IMG/VR virus record: IMGVR_UViG_3300029258_002844
From: an uncultured virus (IMG/VR IMGVR_UViG_3300029258_002844)
Lineage: Duplodnaviria > Heunggongvirae > Uroviricota > Caudoviricetes
DNA: 20,000 nt
Direction: 5' to 3' (one strand)
Position numbers and translations under genes: made by a program. Positions within the stretch are counted from its first letter, which is position 1, and every line of letters starts with the position of its first letter. Of this stretch, positions 18,201-20,000 are shown in pieces. The notes below the pieces were generated by a model. The model ran no database searches. It worked only from the letters and a program-made list of their open reading frames with translations, and was not told where the DNA came from.

Positions 18201-18605
18201 GGTTGTGAACTTACCTCTGACTCTGGCGTTGTATCTGGAGGAAATAACTCAACAAATCAAACAAGAATTGAAAAGTTTACTAATTCTACAAATACATGGG
18301 CGTATAGATCTACATCTTCAATTACAAAAGGCGCTCCTGTTGGATTTTCCCTTAGTTCAAGTTCATGTTTTTATTCTAGTGGACAAACTAATTCTTTTGC
18401 TGAAAAATTTAACGATATTGGAAACGTTTGGATCTCAAAACAAAGTCCACCACAACAACAATGGGGTAACTCAGAATTTTCACTCGGTTTTGGTCAGGGG
18501 ATTGCAGGACCAGGCTATAAAAGTGGTTCTTTATCTGGAAGCACAGAAAGATATACAGATGGCGAATGTTCCTTCTCAGGCTTCGCAGTTCAAACATTAA
18601 AATAA
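12237..18605 (+). CDS. Giant Kelch-like repeat protein (36 repeats, six predicted 6-bladed beta-propellers) with a CBM4/9-like domain; putative virion adhesin
   Basis: Repeat of about 48 aa, W-x2-R-T-x5-R-x4-GF-x-L-T-S-D-x-G-x2-AGG-x-N-x6/7-ERY-S-D-S-x-N, counted by eye as six blocks of six. NLVPNGDME...YFDDVQFKEV (about 13473-13901) is a CBM_4_9/galactose-binding-like sandwich. AAGGAG RBS. Confidence 0.85.
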   Translation: MKYYGVNLKGDLTRRTDFELIAPLLGEANKSYIQSLLDYREGNAARYYHSNVVDNIQGDVVTGRDDFFRGVPPAGEQIDITSLKGLIDGGNYWISRTSMGVNAGNCQHSTLSLTSDTGVVAGGYNGSGYNGLAQLHTNSTNYWRLTTDLVYSRYSSAGFSLTSNGGVISSGAIFGVGYSGLSEEYKAAEDTWSSITTRTIASEYPIAFSLTLDTGVVAGGSNGSGHTGNATRYSSTADSWTSRTPMTNPHTGGGGSSFTTDIGLAGAGGNGSGYHDFVETYSDSSNAWTSKTDVGASRQISGPGGVSQTTDKMILSCGIDYPGPVRAGRSDQFSLSANSWIAKTNNPQATSYRAPIVFSCNSFNVCGGNYPAERNEVHRFKDSSTIFDNQTLSTYQHPNAAVPKTDVNYYGDNLVPNGDMELDDDTWIDFGTPSLNARDSYKFSGNYSRKLQTDGNNEGMRMADHKAMTTETGKTYKFSVMVYAQTNSNVYIQINRGDGGSAQAFTYSSLTTPAWNLVEFEYVETSGGNNCIIYLVSGGGAGNTYYFDDVQFKEVLETKCAKNIVFTKDLSHTTDEIKHIVVTTLNQKRDPVTMNGYWTFRNPMVPSRATEGSFGLTDDFAIVSGGWVSSAFNDTNRYVNSKNAWTARTNILTARSSFDGFKLDTNYGVMAGGTTTGVNFTNTTDKYNNAGDVWAARTGMNIARIYCRSFPLTSDTGLVCNGNNGTQYLGNVERHSDSGNSWTNRTPTLDNVVSPGGFDLTEDLGIINGGYNNSAQYKDTVWRYSDSGNAWINRTVMSQGRRQQQCFKLTTTTGVMAGGYNGASDGWLYHSEHFDDSQNAISTRTDLLESVRHGQGIDISTSYGLVAGGYVGGGTVGGHTQRFVNSEISSIQQPTIDISLSGNDDESQEFDLKDQPLDTLIDLTGNVNTGGWTSISSLSFPRMNVQAFGGINTTKGIVCGGNNTSNLSVVQRYDDSENAWYQRTDLPEVRLQGAGFGITSNLGIVASGYNASATVQVSSVRYNDTGNSWASRGNINTAVFDNVAFGLDSDKGICATGSNGTNLGNTERYSDSGNSWTNRTALSAGKKNAAAFNFTTDTGVLAGGENSTSILNTTDLYSNSGNSWTSKAHFGINRRGAFGIELTSSTGLMACGENSLVYMSLANKYSGSTNVWSSREGALFGQANGGDINLSSTTGVVAGGRSDDYISTVQRYNDEGAKSILEPAGIWQQRTNCLSGGTLPCGVGLTDDMGIQSGGHLGFWNNTVEKYTNSSNGWIQRVNNPETKYGSSGFSLESNKCIVAGGRNATFSARNDRFEEANNIWVSRTAMTTARSGAADFGINSNQGIVASGENGSTISSVERFNDSGNNWTTRTSVNLAVKNPAGFTLNSGLGIKAAGWDAYSTTNVVEKYSNVNNNWIYVSGLSDHVYQCTGFELNGDKGIVCSGRRSSGDNFANNTNRYSNTDNIWSSRTEKITKVYAPGSYGSGASKQQGILAGGLDPRNVKTVERYTDSAIAATVNPAGYWTYRTEVGTRRYGGAGITLTTNTGLFCSGNNGSTYVDNTDKYDDTENTWSSRSAARNRQDGTAWGLSSDYGIFANGYNASYLGNTDRYSDSGDSWTARTAGFVRDSCSGFGLDTDLGITAGGNNGAESYQAYVQRFSETGNAWTSRTSLNTGKFQASGVGLTSDIGVEAAGTESGGYSVKTERYSDSGNSWVSVADKPASATNMDAFKISDNLAITAGGKNGIRLQNSDKFHNAENTWSVRAPMNRERSRVAEFAIGSSQGIVAGGRAQTLEYIGTTERFTDTYTSEAINPYYKLRLKFNLYRDIQGDSWTNRTSSSNPRGWIHGFSLTSDQGISSGGYNGSEVNTNEKYTNSTDNWSSRTSMPTTKYAGAHISFTSDHGIVAGGYDTGADSRTDMFSDSSNVWVNKTGISIARYYLDGFSLTTNQCIVAGGNNTSGPQQRTESYSSSSNNWTTKTNLTIGSYDHTGCELTSDSGVVSGGNNSTNQTRIEKFTNSTNTWAYRSTSSITKGAPVGFSLSSSSCFYSSGQTNSFAEKFNDIGNVWISKQSPPQQQWGNSEFSLGFGQGIAGPGYKSGSLSGSTERYTDGECSFSGFAVQTLK

Positions 18606-18626
18606 TACAAGAGGAGTTAATCTCAC

Positions 18627-20000
18627 ATGGATTTCTATGGATTAAATTTACAAACTGATATTAAGAAAAAAGATTACGAACTTCTCGGACCTTGGTTTGG
18701 AGGTTCAAATAAATCTTATATCAAGAGTCTATTAGGAAGAAGAGAACAGTACGATCAAAAATATGTGAGAACAGACTCTAATGTTGTTGGGGATGTTTTG
18801 ATTCCTGTTGATAAGGAGTTTCCTGGAGCGAATGCTTACGAAGGAAGAATTGATGGATTTAGTTTGACTGGGTTAATTGATGGCGGAAATTACTGGGTTA
18901 GTCGAAATTCCACTTTAGCTGGTTCAAGAGGATCTGGTGGTTTTTCACAAACTTCAGACTCTGGTATGGTCAATGGTGGTCAGAACGCTAGTGGATATAT
19001 GGATGCTGCAGAAAGATATTCTGACTCACAAAATAACTGGGTCGCAAGATCTGTTATGCCAAGAACGAGAGGACACCATGCTGGATTTAGTCTAACATCT
19101 GATAGAGGACTTGTTGCTTGTGGGACGAACGGTACAGACATGGGTCACACAGATCGATATAACAACGCTGAGAATAGTTGGACAAATAGAGCAACAAACG
19201 GTACAGCAAGACAAGGACTTATTTCTGCTGGTTTTGAGTTAACATCTGATTTGGGAAATATTGCTGGAGGAGCTACAGCATTTTCAGGACAAACAGAAAG
19301 ATATTCTGATTCTGCTGATAGTTGGTCATCTCGAACAAGCATGAGTACCGCTAGAGGAGATACAAATTGCTTTAGTCTTTCCACTGATTCAGGAATCGCA
19401 TCAGGTGGTAGAAACGGAGTCCCGATTTATAATATACCAAATACAGAAAGATATAACGACTCCGCAAACACATGGACAAGTAGAACATCATTATCTAGTG
19501 GTTATTCTGGAGCATGTTTTTCACAAACATCAGATTCTGGAACAATATCGGCAGGTTATACTTCTAATGGAGATACAAGACGATATAACAATTCTGTAAA
19601 CTCTTGGAGTTATAGAACCTTTATTATAACCGATAGATACTACTTACCTGGTTTTAGTATTTCATCTAATTTCGGTATATCTGCAGGTGGGAGCATTGCT
19701 GGAAGTTATGAACACACTGTTGAAAGATTCAAAGATACAGTCTCAATGTCATTCTCAAACGGAGAAACTTTAGAATCCTACAAACATCCAAATAACGCAG
19801 TTCCCTTTGATGTTGATTCCGATACACATACTGTGTTCACAAATGATGTTGTAAAAACAACTGACGAGATTAAGGGTATAGTTGTATCTGCGTTATTTAA
19901 CCAAAAGAAAGCAGATATAATCACAAGCGGATATTGGACACAAAGAAATCCTTGTATCCCTGAAAAAGTTGGACCAGCTGGATTTGCTCTCACAAGTGAT
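18627..20000 (+). CDS. Second giant Kelch-like repeat protein, paralog of 12237..18605 (3' end runs off the window)
   Basis: Not in the ORF track. ATG 18627 after GAGGAG. MDFYGLNLQTDIKKKDYELLGPWFGGSNKSYIKSLL aligns with MKYYGVNLKGDLTRRTDFELIAPLLGEANKSYIQSLL. Shares SLxGLIDGGNYW, six Kelch repeats, YxHPNxAVP and TTDEIKxIVV. The frame is open to the window end. Confidence 0.9.
   Translation, partial: MDFYGLNLQTDIKKKDYELLGPWFGGSNKSYIKSLLGRREQYDQKYVRTDSNVVGDVLIPVDKEFPGANAYEGRIDGFSLTGLIDGGNYWVSRNSTLAGSRGSGGFSQTSDSGMVNGGQNASGYMDAAERYSDSQNNWVARSVMPRTRGHHAGFSLTSDRGLVACGTNGTDMGHTDRYNNAENSWTNRATNGTARQGLISAGFELTSDLGNIAGGATAFSGQTERYSDSADSWSSRTSMSTARGDTNCFSLSTDSGIASGGRNGVPIYNIPNTERYNDSANTWTSRTSLSSGYSGACFSQTSDSGTISAGYTSNGDTRRYNNSVNSWSYRTFIITDRYYLPGFSISSNFGISAGGSIAGSYEHTVERFKDTVSMSFSNGETLESYKHPNNAVPFDVDSDTHTVFTNDVVKTTDEIKGIVVSALFNQKKADIITSGYWTQRNPCIPEKVGPAGFALTSD

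Noticed and set aside
13258..19993. Many short alternative-frame and antisense ORFs inside the Kelch genes
   Set aside because: By-products of the biased codon usage of the long repeat ORFs.
12237..20000. Diversity-generating retroelement or DNA-level repeat array in the Kelch genes
   Set aside because: The repeats are conserved at protein level only. I saw no near-identical TR/VR pair with adenine-specific differences and no reverse transcriptase in the window.
1..20000. Alternative genetic code (stop-codon reassignment), as seen in some large phages
   Set aside because: TAA, TAG and TGA all end genes at sensible positions, and the long genes are intact under code 11.

Overview
The window looks like part of a large (probably jumbo) bacteriophage genome in the standard genetic code. 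This is inferred from gene content and organisation; no capsid or terminase gene is present. It has two divergent halves. The left half (1-10082) is entirely on the minus strand. In transcription order it carries three small hypothetical genes, an NAD+-dependent DNA ligase (ligA), a 35-aa membrane peptide, and then nicotinamidase (pncA), a vWA/TerY-like protein, a PP2C phosphatase, a Ser/Thr kinase, a type I phosphoribosyltransferase, a small membrane Zn-ribbon protein, nicotinate phosphoribosyltransferase (pncB) and NH3-dependent NAD synthetase (nadE; truncated by the window edge and missing from the ORF track). A deamidating (Preiss-Handler-type) NAD+ salvage pathway is therefore interleaved with a TerY-P-type phosphorylation triad. 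This is the best candidate for an undescribed system: a possibly phosphorylation-controlled phage NAD+ reconstitution route distinct from NARP1/NARP2. The right half (10135-20000) is entirely on the plus strand. It carries a Zn-finger/Vsr-like protein, two virion-like proteins and two tandem paralogous giant Kelch-repeat proteins. The complete one has 2122 aa, 36 repeats in six blocks of six, and a CBM-like insert that the paralog lacks at the equivalent position. Two recurring intergenic motifs suggest phage-specific promoter classes: (C/G)TATATATAT(T/A)ACT on the minus strand and AGAACAAA-A/T-rich on the plus strand. I saw no tRNA, rRNA, CRISPR array or IS element.
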